A stretch of DNA of 62,865 nt, taken from positions 1 to 62,865 of the forward strand of contig UQAI01000003.1 of the NCBI GenBank assembly GCA_900538885.1, written 5' to 3'. This DNA comes from an uncultured Mollicutes bacterium. GTDB taxonomy: Bacteria > Bacillota_I > Bacilli_A > ML615J-28 > CAG-313. Below, one piece after another: positions 1 through 9,741 of the stretch. The notes beneath the pieces were generated by a model, which saw only the letters and a list, made by a program, of their open reading frames with translations, was not told where the DNA came from and ran no database searches. How positions within the stretch are numbered: position 1 is the stretch's first letter; the number at the start of each line of letters is the position of its first letter. The translations under genes and the position numbers were made by a program.

Positions 1-51
1 TATTAATAATGTGATAATATATGATTAACTTTATAATTTTGGAGGTACAAG

Positions 52-2622
52 ATGATTAATCGCTATACACGCTTAGAAATGAAAGAATTATGGTCCGATA
101 AAACCAAGTTTGAAACAATGCTTGAAGTTGAACTTGCATCAATTTACGCACATGTTGAAAAAGGTTTAATAAAAGAAGAAGAATATGAATTAATAAAGAA
201 TAAAGCCAAAGTTGATGTTGATCGTATTTTAGAAATAGAAAAAGAAACTAAACATGATGTTATTGCTTTTACAAAAGCTGTATGTGAAAACATGGATATT
301 GAAAAAAGATGGTTTCATTATGGATTAACTAGTACTGATGTAGTTGATACAGCTAATGCATTACTACTAAAAAAAGCCAATGATATTATTGAACGTGATA
401 TCAAGAAGTTTTTAAAAGTATTAAAAGATAAGGCTTTAACATATAAAAAAACATTGTGTATTGGCAGAACTCACGGACAACATGCTGAAGTAACAAGTTT
501 TGGCTTAAAATGGTTATTATGGTATGATGAATTAAATCGCGATTATAATCGTTTTAAAGAAGAAAGAAAAAATGTTGAAACAGTTAAATTAAGTGGGGCA
601 GTCGGTAATTATGCTGATGTGGATCCATTTGTGGAAAAAAGGGTTGCGGAAAGATTAGGTTTAAATCAATCAACCATCGCAACACAAGTATTATCACGTG
701 ACCGCCATATTGGTTATATGAATAGTCTTGTCATGATTTCAAGTTTACTTGAAAAAATAGCAATGGAAGTTCGCCATCTTGCAAGGACAGAAATAGGTGA
801 AGTTAGTGAAGCGTTTAGTACTAATCAAAAAGGTTCAAGCGCAATGCCTCATAAGAAAAACCCAATAGCATCAGAAAATATCTGTGGTTGTGCTAGACTA
901 ATGAAAGCATATCTTGGGGTAACATATGATGATAATCCTTTATGGGATGAACGCGATATTAGCCATTCATCTGCTGAACGAGTAGCATTAAGCGATGCGA
1001 CTACATTAATTGATTATATGCTTAACCGCTATGCTCATGCCTTATCTACGCTTCAAGTAAATGAAGAAAGAATGCTTGAAAACATTGATATCACAAATGG
1101 TGTTGTTTATTCATCTCGCCTTCTACTTAAAATGGTGGAAAAAGGTATGCTTAGAGATGAAGCATACGATATACTTCAAAACCTTGCCTTTAAGGCTTTA
1201 CAAGAGAAAAAGGCTTATATTGATGTTATTAAATCAAGTGAAGTAACAAAAACTTTATCAATTAAAGAAATCGATGAAGCTTTTAATCCAATGCTTGCTC
1301 TACAAAATATTGATGAAATTTATAGTAAAGTGCTTACTCCAAAATGTCGTACCCTTGTAGTACTTGGTAGTGGCTGGGGAGATGAAGGAAAAGGTAAAAT
1401 CACTAATTATTTAAGTGAACAATCAGATTACGTTGTGCGTTTCCAAGGCGGTGACAATGCCGGTCATACAATTCAATTTAATGGTAAAACTTTTAAATTG
1501 CATTTAATCCCATCAGGAATTTTTGATGGAAAAATAAAGAATGTTTTAGGTAATGGTATGGTAATTAATCCTGAGGCTTTAGTAGAAGAATTAAATACTA
1601 TTAAACAAGAAGGCTTTGTATGCAATAATTTATTTATTAGTGACCGTGCTCATGTTATCTTTAACTATCATAAAGAACTTGACAGATGTAATGAAATGGC
1701 TCTTGCGAATAGAAAAATAGGAACAACCTTAAAAGGTATTGGCCCAGCTTATACTGATAAAGTTTCACGTCAAGGCTTAAGAATGGTTGATTTTATTAGT
1801 GATGATTTTTCAAGATTATTTAGAGAAAACGCAACTGCTAAAAATGAAATAATTAAATCAATGGGAGGTAGTCCAATTGATGTTGAAACAAGTCTTCAAA
1901 AATATTTAGAAATAAGCAAAATTATTAAGCCAATGGTTGTTGATACAATTGATTTAATCAATAAGGCTTATGACGAAAATAAAAAAATATTATTTGAAGG
2001 AGCTCAAGGTTCACTTCTTGATATTGATTTTGGTACATATCCATTCGTTACTTCATCTAACCCTTCAAGCGGAGGTGTATCAACAGGTACAGGAATTAGC
2101 CCAACCAAAATTGAAGAAGTACTTGCGATTGTCAAAGCATATTCAACAAGAGTTGGTAGTGGAGCTTTCCCTACTGAGTTATTTGATGAACTTGGTAATT
2201 CAATTAGAGAAAAAGCTCATGAGTATGGAGCAACAACAAAACGTCCACGTCGTATTGGTTGGTTAGATGGTGTCGCATTACGCTATAGCACTAATATCAA
2301 TGGCTTTACAAGCATTTCTTTGATGTTACTTGATATTTTATCAGGTATTGAAAAAATAAAAATTTGTACGGCATACGAATTAGATGGGAAGAAAATTTAT
2401 ACTATTCCTGCTAGTCTTAAAGATTATGAACGTTGTATTCCAGTATATGAAGAATTTGATGGATGGACTGAAGACATTAGTCATGTTACATCATTTGATG
2501 AATTGCCAGAGAATGCTAAAAAATATATTGAGGGTATTGAAAGAATAACCAAAGTACCAGTTAAAATCTTTTCAGTTGGTCCTGATAAAACTCAAACCAT
2601 TGTAAGAGAAGAAATATACTAA
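52..2622 (+). CDS. purB-purA: Fused adenylosuccinate lyase (N-terminal ~430 aa) and adenylosuccinate synthetase (C-terminal ~425 aa) in one 856-aa ORF
   Basis: The N half reads as full-length PurB (MINRYTRLEM..., GLTSTDVVDT, QKGSSAMPHKKNP). The C half starts VVLGSGWGDEGKGK, then QGGDNAGHT, GIGPAY, TTKRPRRIGW and SVGPDKTQT, which reads as full-length PurA. A GGAGGT RBS precedes ATG 52. There is no stop, RBS or start codon at the junction. Confidence 0.9.
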   Translation: MINRYTRLEMKELWSDKTKFETMLEVELASIYAHVEKGLIKEEEYELIKNKAKVDVDRILEIEKETKHDVIAFTKAVCENMDIEKRWFHYGLTSTDVVDTANALLLKKANDIIERDIKKFLKVLKDKALTYKKTLCIGRTHGQHAEVTSFGLKWLLWYDELNRDYNRFKEERKNVETVKLSGAVGNYADVDPFVEKRVAERLGLNQSTIATQVLSRDRHIGYMNSLVMISSLLEKIAMEVRHLARTEIGEVSEAFSTNQKGSSAMPHKKNPIASENICGCARLMKAYLGVTYDDNPLWDERDISHSSAERVALSDATTLIDYMLNRYAHALSTLQVNEERMLENIDITNGVVYSSRLLLKMVEKGMLRDEAYDILQNLAFKALQEKKAYIDVIKSSEVTKTLSIKEIDEAFNPMLALQNIDEIYSKVLTPKCRTLVVLGSGWGDEGKGKITNYLSEQSDYVVRFQGGDNAGHTIQFNGKTFKLHLIPSGIFDGKIKNVLGNGMVINPEALVEELNTIKQEGFVCNNLFISDRAHVIFNYHKELDRCNEMALANRKIGTTLKGIGPAYTDKVSRQGLRMVDFISDDFSRLFRENATAKNEIIKSMGGSPIDVETSLQKYLEISKIIKPMVVDTIDLINKAYDENKKILFEGAQGSLLDIDFGTYPFVTSSNPSSGGVSTGTGISPTKIEEVLAIVKAYSTRVGSGAFPTELFDELGNSIREKAHEYGATTKRPRRIGWLDGVALRYSTNINGFTSISLMLLDILSGIEKIKICTAYELDGKKIYTIPASLKDYERCIPVYEEFDGWTEDISHVTSFDELPENAKKYIEGIERITKVPVKIFSVGPDKTQTIVREEIY

Positions 2623-2649
2623 AAATAAACACAAATGGAGGTGAAAAAC

Positions 2650-3930
2650 GTGCGATATGCGTTAACTAACGGAGTTATTTTAAATGGTAAGAAAGATATG
2701 GAGCCACTAGAAGGGTATTCAATTATTGTTGAAGATGGTAAAATCAAGGAAATTACAAATCAAATGGTTAATGATATTAAAACTATTGATTTAAAAAATA
2801 AATATGTAATGCCTGGCTTAATTAATATGCACGTTCATTTACCTGGGTCTGGTATGCCTAAAGATACTGGCAAACAAAATAAAGAAAGTGTTAATAAACT
2901 ATTAAGTAATCCATTAACTAGGTATATTGTTTATAAACTTTGTGCTAAATTTGCAAGAATTGAATTAATGAGTGGAGTTACAACCATTAGGACGGTTGGA
3001 GGATTATCAAATATTGATTCAAAAATTAGAGATAATATTTTACAAGGTAAAATAAAAGGTCCTAGAATATTGTCATCTAATATGGCTCTTTCGGTACCAG
3101 GCGGTCACATGGCTGGAATCCTTGCATATGAAGCAACAGATGTTGATAGTGCCATTAACTATATTAATAAAATTAGTGAGACTAAACCTAATTTAATTAA
3201 ATTAATGATAACTGGGGGAGTGCTTGATGCGAAAAAGAAGGGTGAACCTGGAGAACTTAAGATGAGTCCAGAAATTATCAAAGCTTCTTGTCAAAGAGCC
3301 CATGAACTAGGTTATAAAGTTGCGGCACATGTTGAATCACCAGAAGGAGTAAAACTAGCACTTGAAAATGGCGTTGACACCATTGAACATGGTGCAAAAT
3401 TAAATGATGAATTAATCGATCTATTTAAAGAACATAAAGCATCGTTAATCACTACCATTTCACCAGCCATTCCGCTTGCTAAATTTGATCAATCGATTAC
3501 TAAAGCTACAGATTTAGTTAAATATAATGGCAATGTTGTTTTTGAAGGCATTGTGTCCGCATCAACTGCAGCCATTGCAAATGACATTATGGTTGGTCTT
3601 GGTACTGATACAGCATGTCCATTTGTTACCCACTATGATACATGGAGAGAACTTGCTTATTTTATAAAATATGTTAAAAACGATAATAAAGAAGCAATTT
3701 ACCGTGCAACTTTAGGTAATGCGATAATCGCAGGAATTGATCATGAAACTGGTAGTATTGAACCTACTAAATCATGTGATTTACTTATTGTAGATGGTAA
3801 TCCAATTGAAGATATTAAAGTTTTAAGTAATCCTGCTATGGTTGTTTTTAAGGGTAAAATTATTAAAAATCCTAAAGTTAAGAAATATAAATATGTTGAA
3901 GAATTATTAAACAAAGAATTAAATAAATAA
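2650..3930 (+). CDS. Amidohydrolase-superfamily metal-dependent hydrolase
   Basis: It has the HxH metal motif (INMHVHLPG), later AAHVE, IEHG and GTDTACP motifs, and a length of about 426 aa. A GGAGGTG RBS at 2637-2643 favours GTG 2650 over the track start ATG 2635. Confidence 0.75.
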   Translation: MRYALTNGVILNGKKDMEPLEGYSIIVEDGKIKEITNQMVNDIKTIDLKNKYVMPGLINMHVHLPGSGMPKDTGKQNKESVNKLLSNPLTRYIVYKLCAKFARIELMSGVTTIRTVGGLSNIDSKIRDNILQGKIKGPRILSSNMALSVPGGHMAGILAYEATDVDSAINYINKISETKPNLIKLMITGGVLDAKKKGEPGELKMSPEIIKASCQRAHELGYKVAAHVESPEGVKLALENGVDTIEHGAKLNDELIDLFKEHKASLITTISPAIPLAKFDQSITKATDLVKYNGNVVFEGIVSASTAAIANDIMVGLGTDTACPFVTHYDTWRELAYFIKYVKNDNKEAIYRATLGNAIIAGIDHETGSIEPTKSCDLLIVDGNPIEDIKVLSNPAMVVFKGKIIKNPKVKKYKYVEELLNKELNK

Positions 3931-3957
3931 GTATTTAAAAGATTAGGGAGAAAATAA

Positions 3958-5271
3958 ATGAGAACAGTAGATATAATTACTAAAAAAAGAGATGGGGGAA
4001 CTTTATCAAAAGCAGAAATTGATTTTGTTATTTCGGGATATGTTAAAGGAGATATTCCTGATTATCAAATTAGTTCATTATTAATGGCTATTTTCTTTAA
4101 AGGAATGAATCAAGAAGAACAATATAATTTAACTAAAGCTATGCTTGAAAGTGGTGAACAAATTGATTTATCCAAAATTAATGGTGTTAAAGTTGATAAA
4201 CACTCAACTGGTGGGGTCGGCGATAAAACTAGTCTAGTAGTAGCCCCTCTTGCTGCAAGTTTTGGAATTAAGATGGCAAAGATGAGCGGAAGAGGACTTG
4301 GACATACTGGTGGTACACTAGATAAACTTGAATCAATTCCAGGATTTAAAATTGAAGTCTCACCAGAACATTTTATTAAACAAGTTAATGAAATTGGTCT
4401 TGCTATAATTGGCCAAAGTGCTAATATTACCCCTGCTGATAAAAAACTTTATGCATTAAGGGATGTCACAGGCACAATTGAATCAGTTCCTTTAATTGCA
4501 TCATCAATAATGTCTAAAAAATTAGCAAGTGGTGCTGATCATATTGTTCTTGATGTAAAGGTTGGAAAAGGTGCCTTTATGAAGGACCTTGATAGTGCTA
4601 CCGTTTTAGCTGAAGCAATGGTTGAAATTGGTAAACTAGCGTCACGTGATACCACAGCTACTTTAACTGATATGTCACAACCTCTTGGATGTGCTGTTGG
4701 TAACACTATTGAAGTAATTGAAGCAATTGAAACCTTAAAAGGAAAAGGACCAAAAGATTTTACGGAACTTTGTGTAGCCTTAACCGCCGAAATTCTAATG
4801 ATCGCAAATCTTGCGAAAGATGAAAAAGAAGCAAGAACAATGGTAGAAGATGCCATTCATAATGGTAGTGGACTTGGGAAACTTCGCGATATGATTATTT
4901 GGCAAGGAGGTAATCCTCAAGTTATAGACGATTATTCATTATTTAAACAAGCAAGTGATGCAATCAATTTAGAATATTTAGAGGATAAAGAAGCTTATAT
5001 TTCAGAAATTGATGCTTTAAAAATAGGCGAGGCCGCAATGCTTCTTGGAGCTGGTCGTGCTACTAAAGAAGATGTAATTGATGAGGCTGTAGGCGTAAAA
5101 GTACTAAAGAAAATTGGTGATAAAGTAACAAAAGGTGATATACTTGCAAAAATATACACTAATGGAAAAGGCACTAAAGCAGCTATAGACTTAATTTTAG
5201 ATGCTTATGTGTTATCAAGTGATGAAGTTAAACCAAATAATATAATATTAAAAGTAATAAGAGGAAAATAA
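3958..5271 (+). CDS. pdp: Pyrimidine-nucleoside (thymidine) phosphorylase
   Basis: It shows end-to-end family resemblance (MRTVDIITKKRDGG, DKHSTGGVGDKTS, SGRGLGHTGGTLDKLES) and has a GGGAG RBS. Confidence 0.9.
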   Translation: MRTVDIITKKRDGGTLSKAEIDFVISGYVKGDIPDYQISSLLMAIFFKGMNQEEQYNLTKAMLESGEQIDLSKINGVKVDKHSTGGVGDKTSLVVAPLAASFGIKMAKMSGRGLGHTGGTLDKLESIPGFKIEVSPEHFIKQVNEIGLAIIGQSANITPADKKLYALRDVTGTIESVPLIASSIMSKKLASGADHIVLDVKVGKGAFMKDLDSATVLAEAMVEIGKLASRDTTATLTDMSQPLGCAVGNTIEVIEAIETLKGKGPKDFTELCVALTAEILMIANLAKDEKEARTMVEDAIHNGSGLGKLRDMIIWQGGNPQVIDDYSLFKQASDAINLEYLEDKEAYISEIDALKIGEAAMLLGAGRATKEDVIDEAVGVKVLKKIGDKVTKGDILAKIYTNGKGTKAAIDLILDAYVLSSDEVKPNNIILKVIRGK

Positions 5272-5274
5272 TAG

Positions 5275-7125
5275 ATGAAAAAAGCAATACATTTTACTCT
5301 TGTTATGAGTCTAATTTGCCTTATTATGGCATTTGCAAGCTGTAAGAAACCGGAAGATGAAGAAAAAGGCTTGGTGGAAATCACATATGTTGCAAATGGT
5401 GGAAATATTGAAGTAACTACTCATAACATTGAAGTAGGCATGATATCTGGACTTTATGTACCAACTCGTGATAACTACAAATTTTTAGGATGGTATAAAG
5501 AAGCTGATTTTTCAGGAGAAACCTATTTTAATTATGAAGCAACAAAAGCTGAAAAAATTACATTATATGCTAAGTGGGAAATAATCATTGACTATGATAA
5601 AGTAACAAATACTAAAGCTGCCATCAATGCTTTAGTTAAAATCATTTCACTAGAAGATGAAGACCAAATTATTTATGCTAGAACACTATATGATGATTTA
5701 AACATAGATGAAAAAAGATTAATAACTAATTATTCAGATCTTGAAAAAGCTGAATTATATCTTTCTTCATTAAAGCAAATTGAAGGATATAAAAAAGATG
5801 CTCAAACGGTAATTGATTTAATCGATAAGATTGGTGAAATAATTGATGAAAACGAAGAAGAAAATATCAATAACGCAAAAGCCGCATATGATGCATTATC
5901 TAAACCAGCAAGGCAATATGTAACTAATTATGATAAACTAACTGATAGTATGAAAAAATTAGAATCATATTTATTAAATCAAATGTATAGTGACGCAAAA
6001 GCAATGAATGTGATGATTGCGAAAATTCCAAGTATTGTTTCATATCCTGATAAAACTTATATTTATGAGGTAAAGGATGCATATGATAATTTAAGGCCAA
6101 CCGCAAAAAAATATGTTAATCTATATTATAAATTAGAAAATGCTCTTCAAGCGATTGATGATATTGAAAAAAACACTAATCAAATTACTTATGTTTTAGG
6201 AAATAGTATTTATACATCACGTGAAGAATTATTTATTGCTTTTATGAGTGATTATTACTACTTTATTAATGCTAATTTTGGCAGTGTTACTCTTGAAACT
6301 AGAAACATTAAAACTTGTCAAGACTTTTTAGATTATGCTAGTAATTATAATGCTGGCCGTGGTCAAATGCGAGCAATCGGTGATGAATTTGCTGAATACT
6401 ATTTAACGCGCGATGTTAATGGCATTATGGAAAATCAGTCTGCTAGTACTTTTATTGGATATTGCCTTGAAAATAATAAACACCGTGATTTTATTGATTT
6501 CTTAAGTAGATTTTTTGCTTATTGGCGTATTGATGAAGGCTATGCTAATAAAACTAATTATGGTGCGGATTTATATGCTGAGGCATGGGCTGCACTTGTT
6601 GATACTTGTAAATTCTTCTATTATACAGTAGATACTTGCTATGTTAAATCTGAAAGAATGAAAGATTGTTACAATTTCACATCATCAGTAGTTTATGGTG
6701 AACTTCCAACGCTACTTAGAGGTGAAGTAACGCTTCCAACTGACCTTAAACTTCGTGGATATCGTTTTGCCGGTTGGTATGATAGTCCTAATTATGATGG
6801 CGAACCAATTAAGGCAGTAAAACCAGGTCAAAAAGTGATTTTATATGCTAAATGGGAAAAAGACGAGAATCAACAAAGCGTTGATGCTGCCTCAAAAGTA
6901 GAAGTATATATCTATAATCTAACTACTGAAAAGGCTAATATTACATCAAGTACCATAGGGTATGTTAGATCAATGTATGATAATTTAACTGAATATGGTA
7001 AAACTTTAGTAAGTAATTATAATGAATTAGTAGAAATTGAAAATAATACTACTGTACAAATCCTTTTAGGTTATTATAATCATATTAGTACAGAATACTA
7101 TTTGGAAAAGAACTCTAGCTTTTAG
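5275..7125 (+). CDS. Surface lipoprotein with two Listeria-Bacteroides (Flg_new-type) repeats and four copies of a helical YD.L....V.NY..L motif
   Basis: A signal peptide ends in the lipobox-like AFAS-C at Cys23. GWY...LYAKWE repeat signatures occur at aa ~35-102 and ~470-528. The RBS AAGAGGAAA lies inside the pdp 3' end. Confidence 0.7.
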   Translation: MKKAIHFTLVMSLICLIMAFASCKKPEDEEKGLVEITYVANGGNIEVTTHNIEVGMISGLYVPTRDNYKFLGWYKEADFSGETYFNYEATKAEKITLYAKWEIIIDYDKVTNTKAAINALVKIISLEDEDQIIYARTLYDDLNIDEKRLITNYSDLEKAELYLSSLKQIEGYKKDAQTVIDLIDKIGEIIDENEEENINNAKAAYDALSKPARQYVTNYDKLTDSMKKLESYLLNQMYSDAKAMNVMIAKIPSIVSYPDKTYIYEVKDAYDNLRPTAKKYVNLYYKLENALQAIDDIEKNTNQITYVLGNSIYTSREELFIAFMSDYYYFINANFGSVTLETRNIKTCQDFLDYASNYNAGRGQMRAIGDEFAEYYLTRDVNGIMENQSASTFIGYCLENNKHRDFIDFLSRFFAYWRIDEGYANKTNYGADLYAEAWAALVDTCKFFYYTVDTCYVKSERMKDCYNFTSSVVYGELPTLLRGEVTLPTDLKLRGYRFAGWYDSPNYDGEPIKAVKPGQKVILYAKWEKDENQQSVDAASKVEVYIYNLTTEKANITSSTIGYVRSMYDNLTEYGKTLVSNYNELVEIENNTTVQILLGYYNHISTEYYLEKNSSF

Positions 7126-7135
7126 AGTTTTTTTC
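7111..7135 (+). terminator. Rho-independent terminator after the lipoprotein gene
   Basis: The stem AACTCTA/TAGAGTT has a 5-nt loop and is followed by a T-run. The TAG stop at 7123-7125 lies in the 3' arm. Confidence 0.7.
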
Positions 7136-7256
7136 TTGATGTTTGTATAAAAATATTATTTCGTAAAAACAATATAATGTTAGATGTTATAACGCTATTT
7201 ATGAGTAAAAAAAATAAAAATATTGTATAATATGTAAATGAAAAAAAGGTGATTAT

Positions 7257-8264
7257 ATGAAATACATTGACAAGATAGAAAACTACAACCCTAAACTTGA
7301 TTTAACTGAAACAGAAATTGCGATTAAGTTTGTAAAAGATACCTTTGAAAAAGAACTTGCTAAAAGTCTTAATCTAATGAGAGTTTCAGCTCCTTTATTT
7401 GTGCTACCACAAAGTGGGTTAAATGATTATTTAAATGGCTATGAGCGAGTTGTAAATTTTGATGTTAAAGCAATAAATAAAAAAGTGGAAATAGTACAGT
7501 CTCTTGCGAAATGGAAACGAAATGCGTTAAAAAAATATAATATGAAGCCAGGGTTTGGAATCTATACAGATATGAATGCTATTAGAAGAGATGAAGATCT
7601 TGACGCTATTCATTCAATTTATGTTGACCAGTGGGACTGGGAAAAGATTATTGATTATAGTGATCGTAATCTTGATTATCTTTTTCAAACGGTTAGAACC
7701 ATATATGAAGTGATTAAAAAAGTTAATACATTGGTTAAAAATAAATTTTTAACTCTTACCACGAATCTTCCATCTGATATCAAGTTTATTAGCACATCTG
7801 AACTTCTTGAAAAATATCCTAATCTAACTGCTAAAGAAAGAGAAGATGCAATTGTTAAAGAATATAAAGCAGTTTTTATTTATCAAATTGGATGGCCATT
7901 AAAAAATGGTAAATCACATGATGGTAGAGCCGCAGATTATGATGATTGGGATTTGAATGGTGATATTCTCGTCTGGAATGATGTTATTCAATGTGCATTT
8001 GAACTTTCATCAATGGGAATAAGAGTAGATGAAACTAGTTTAGTAAAACAACTAACTGAAAAAAATGAAATGGAAAAAATAGAAAACGAGTATTGTCAAA
8101 ATGTAATCAATAAAGTTTTACCACTTACAATTGGTGGAGGAATTGGACAATCTAGACTTTGTATGTTTATGCTACAAAAAGCTCATATCGGCGAAGTTCA
8201 AGTTTCGGTTTGGCCTGAGGAAATAATCAATGAGCTAAATAATAAAAACATTAAATTATTATAG
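7257..8264 (+). CDS. asnA: Aspartate--ammonia ligase (asparagine synthetase A)
   Basis: It has the typical AsnA N-terminus and core (RVSAPLFV, VQSLAKWKR, DWDWEK, GGGIGQSRL) and an AGGTGA RBS. Confidence 0.9.
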   Translation: MKYIDKIENYNPKLDLTETEIAIKFVKDTFEKELAKSLNLMRVSAPLFVLPQSGLNDYLNGYERVVNFDVKAINKKVEIVQSLAKWKRNALKKYNMKPGFGIYTDMNAIRRDEDLDAIHSIYVDQWDWEKIIDYSDRNLDYLFQTVRTIYEVIKKVNTLVKNKFLTLTTNLPSDIKFISTSELLEKYPNLTAKEREDAIVKEYKAVFIYQIGWPLKNGKSHDGRAADYDDWDLNGDILVWNDVIQCAFELSSMGIRVDETSLVKQLTEKNEMEKIENEYCQNVINKVLPLTIGGGIGQSRLCMFMLQKAHIGEVQVSVWPEEIINELNNKNIKLL

Positions 8265-8273
8265 GAGGAATAA

Positions 8274-9734
8274 ATGAGAGCAGCAGGAATACTATTACCA
8301 ATCAGTAGTTTACCAGGAAAATATGGAATTGGAACGTTAGGCGAAGAAGCATTTGCTTTTGTAGACTTTTTAAGTGACGCAAAACAAACATATTGGCAAA
8401 TATTACCATTAGGTCCTACCACATATGGAGATTCACCATATCAAACCTACAGTACATTTGCCGGTAGTGGTTTATACTTAGACTTGGAACACTTATATTC
8501 CGAAAAATTAATAACCAAAAAAGACTTAGAGTTCCAACAAACTACAATAGACTTTGTTAACTATGATAATTTAAAAGTTTCAAGAATGAATTTATATAAA
8601 AAGGCCTCCATAAAGTTCTTTAAAAACCCACCTCAAAAATATGAAGAATTCTTAGAAAAGGAAAATGAATGGGTTATTGGTTATGCCAAATTTAGAGCCT
8701 TAAAAACATATTTTAATGAAAAAAGCTTTAATGAATGGCCTGACGAAGTAATTAAAGGAAATATAAGTGAAGAAATTGCTAATAACATTAAAGATGATGT
8801 AAATCTACATCTATTCATTCAATATATGTTTTACACTAATTATGAAAGACTTAAAAACTATGCTCACCAAAAAGGTGTTCAAATAATTGGTGATTTACCA
8901 ATTTATGTAGCATATGATAGCAGTGATGTATGGCAAAATCCTGAAGAATTTCAACTAGATGAAAATTTGAAACCAACAATGGTAGCGGGATGCCCACCTG
9001 ATAGTTTTTGTGAAGACGGCCAACTTTGGGGCAATCCTCTCTATAATTATCAAGAAATGAAGAAGAACAATTATAAATGGTGGATGCGTCGTTTGAATCA
9101 TTGTTTAAAAATGTTTGATGTATTAAGAATTGATCATTTTAGGGGTTTTGAAGCTTATTTTGCGATACCAGCAACTGATAAAACCGCAAAAAATGGCCAC
9201 TGGGAAAAAGGACCAAATTTTGATATTTTCGCTGAACTTTTTAAAGAGCATAAACACCTTAAAATGATTATGGAAGATTTAGGTTATCTAACCCCAGAGG
9301 TTCATCGCCTTCTTAATCGTACAGGTTTTCCTGGAATGAGAGTTTTAGAGTTTGCTTTTGACGGAAGAAAAGATAATAATTATCTACCACATAATTATGT
9401 TGAAAATACTGTTGTTTATACTGGTACTCACGATAATCTTCCGCTTGTAGGTTGGGTTAAAACCTTAAGTGTTGACCAAATTGATCAAATTATCACATAT
9501 TTTAATTTGGATGATGAGGATGAAATTCCAAGTGCTTTAGTCGAAGCAGCTTTAAGTAGTATTGCTTCCACCGCGATTATTCCCCTTCAAGACTATTTAG
9601 GCTTAGATGAATCATCAAGAATTAATACTCCATCAACCGTTGGATGTAACTGGAAATGGCGAGTAAATAAGGAATTACTTACTTTTGAGATTATTGAAAA
9701 AATAAAAAAATTAACAGAAAAATATTTTAGATAG
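8274..9734 (+). CDS. malQ: 4-alpha-glucanotransferase (amylomaltase)
   Basis: GILLPISSLPGKYGIGTLG, LRIDHFRGF, EDLG and GTHDN are GH77 signatures. It has a GGAGGA RBS. Confidence 0.9.
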   Translation: MRAAGILLPISSLPGKYGIGTLGEEAFAFVDFLSDAKQTYWQILPLGPTTYGDSPYQTYSTFAGSGLYLDLEHLYSEKLITKKDLEFQQTTIDFVNYDNLKVSRMNLYKKASIKFFKNPPQKYEEFLEKENEWVIGYAKFRALKTYFNEKSFNEWPDEVIKGNISEEIANNIKDDVNLHLFIQYMFYTNYERLKNYAHQKGVQIIGDLPIYVAYDSSDVWQNPEEFQLDENLKPTMVAGCPPDSFCEDGQLWGNPLYNYQEMKKNNYKWWMRRLNHCLKMFDVLRIDHFRGFEAYFAIPATDKTAKNGHWEKGPNFDIFAELFKEHKHLKMIMEDLGYLTPEVHRLLNRTGFPGMRVLEFAFDGRKDNNYLPHNYVENTVVYTGTHDNLPLVGWVKTLSVDQIDQIITYFNLDDEDEIPSALVEAALSSIASTAIIPLQDYLGLDESSRINTPSTVGCNWKWRVNKELLTFEIIEKIKKLTEKYFR

Positions 9735-9741
9735 GTGAAAA

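Noticed and set aside
1061-2266. Out-of-frame + strand ORFs (1061-1246 and 1970-2266) inside purB-purA.
   Set aside because: They are embedded in a well-supported conserved ORF and show no translation signals.
52-2622. The PurB-PurA fusion might have been an assembly or sequencing artefact hiding a stop codon.
   Set aside because: This cannot be excluded without reads. However, the junction has no homopolymer run, no remnant RBS or ATG for purA and no out-of-frame stop pattern suggesting an indel, and PurA begins exactly at its conserved core. I kept it as a finding with that caveat.
7126-7256. A T-box or other riboswitch might have preceded asnA, and riboswitches might have preceded gap, the aquaporin or the antiporter genes.
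   Set aside because: No GGTGGTACCGCG-type T-box core and no extended conserved stem-loops are visible. These leaders are short and contain only promoter-like elements.
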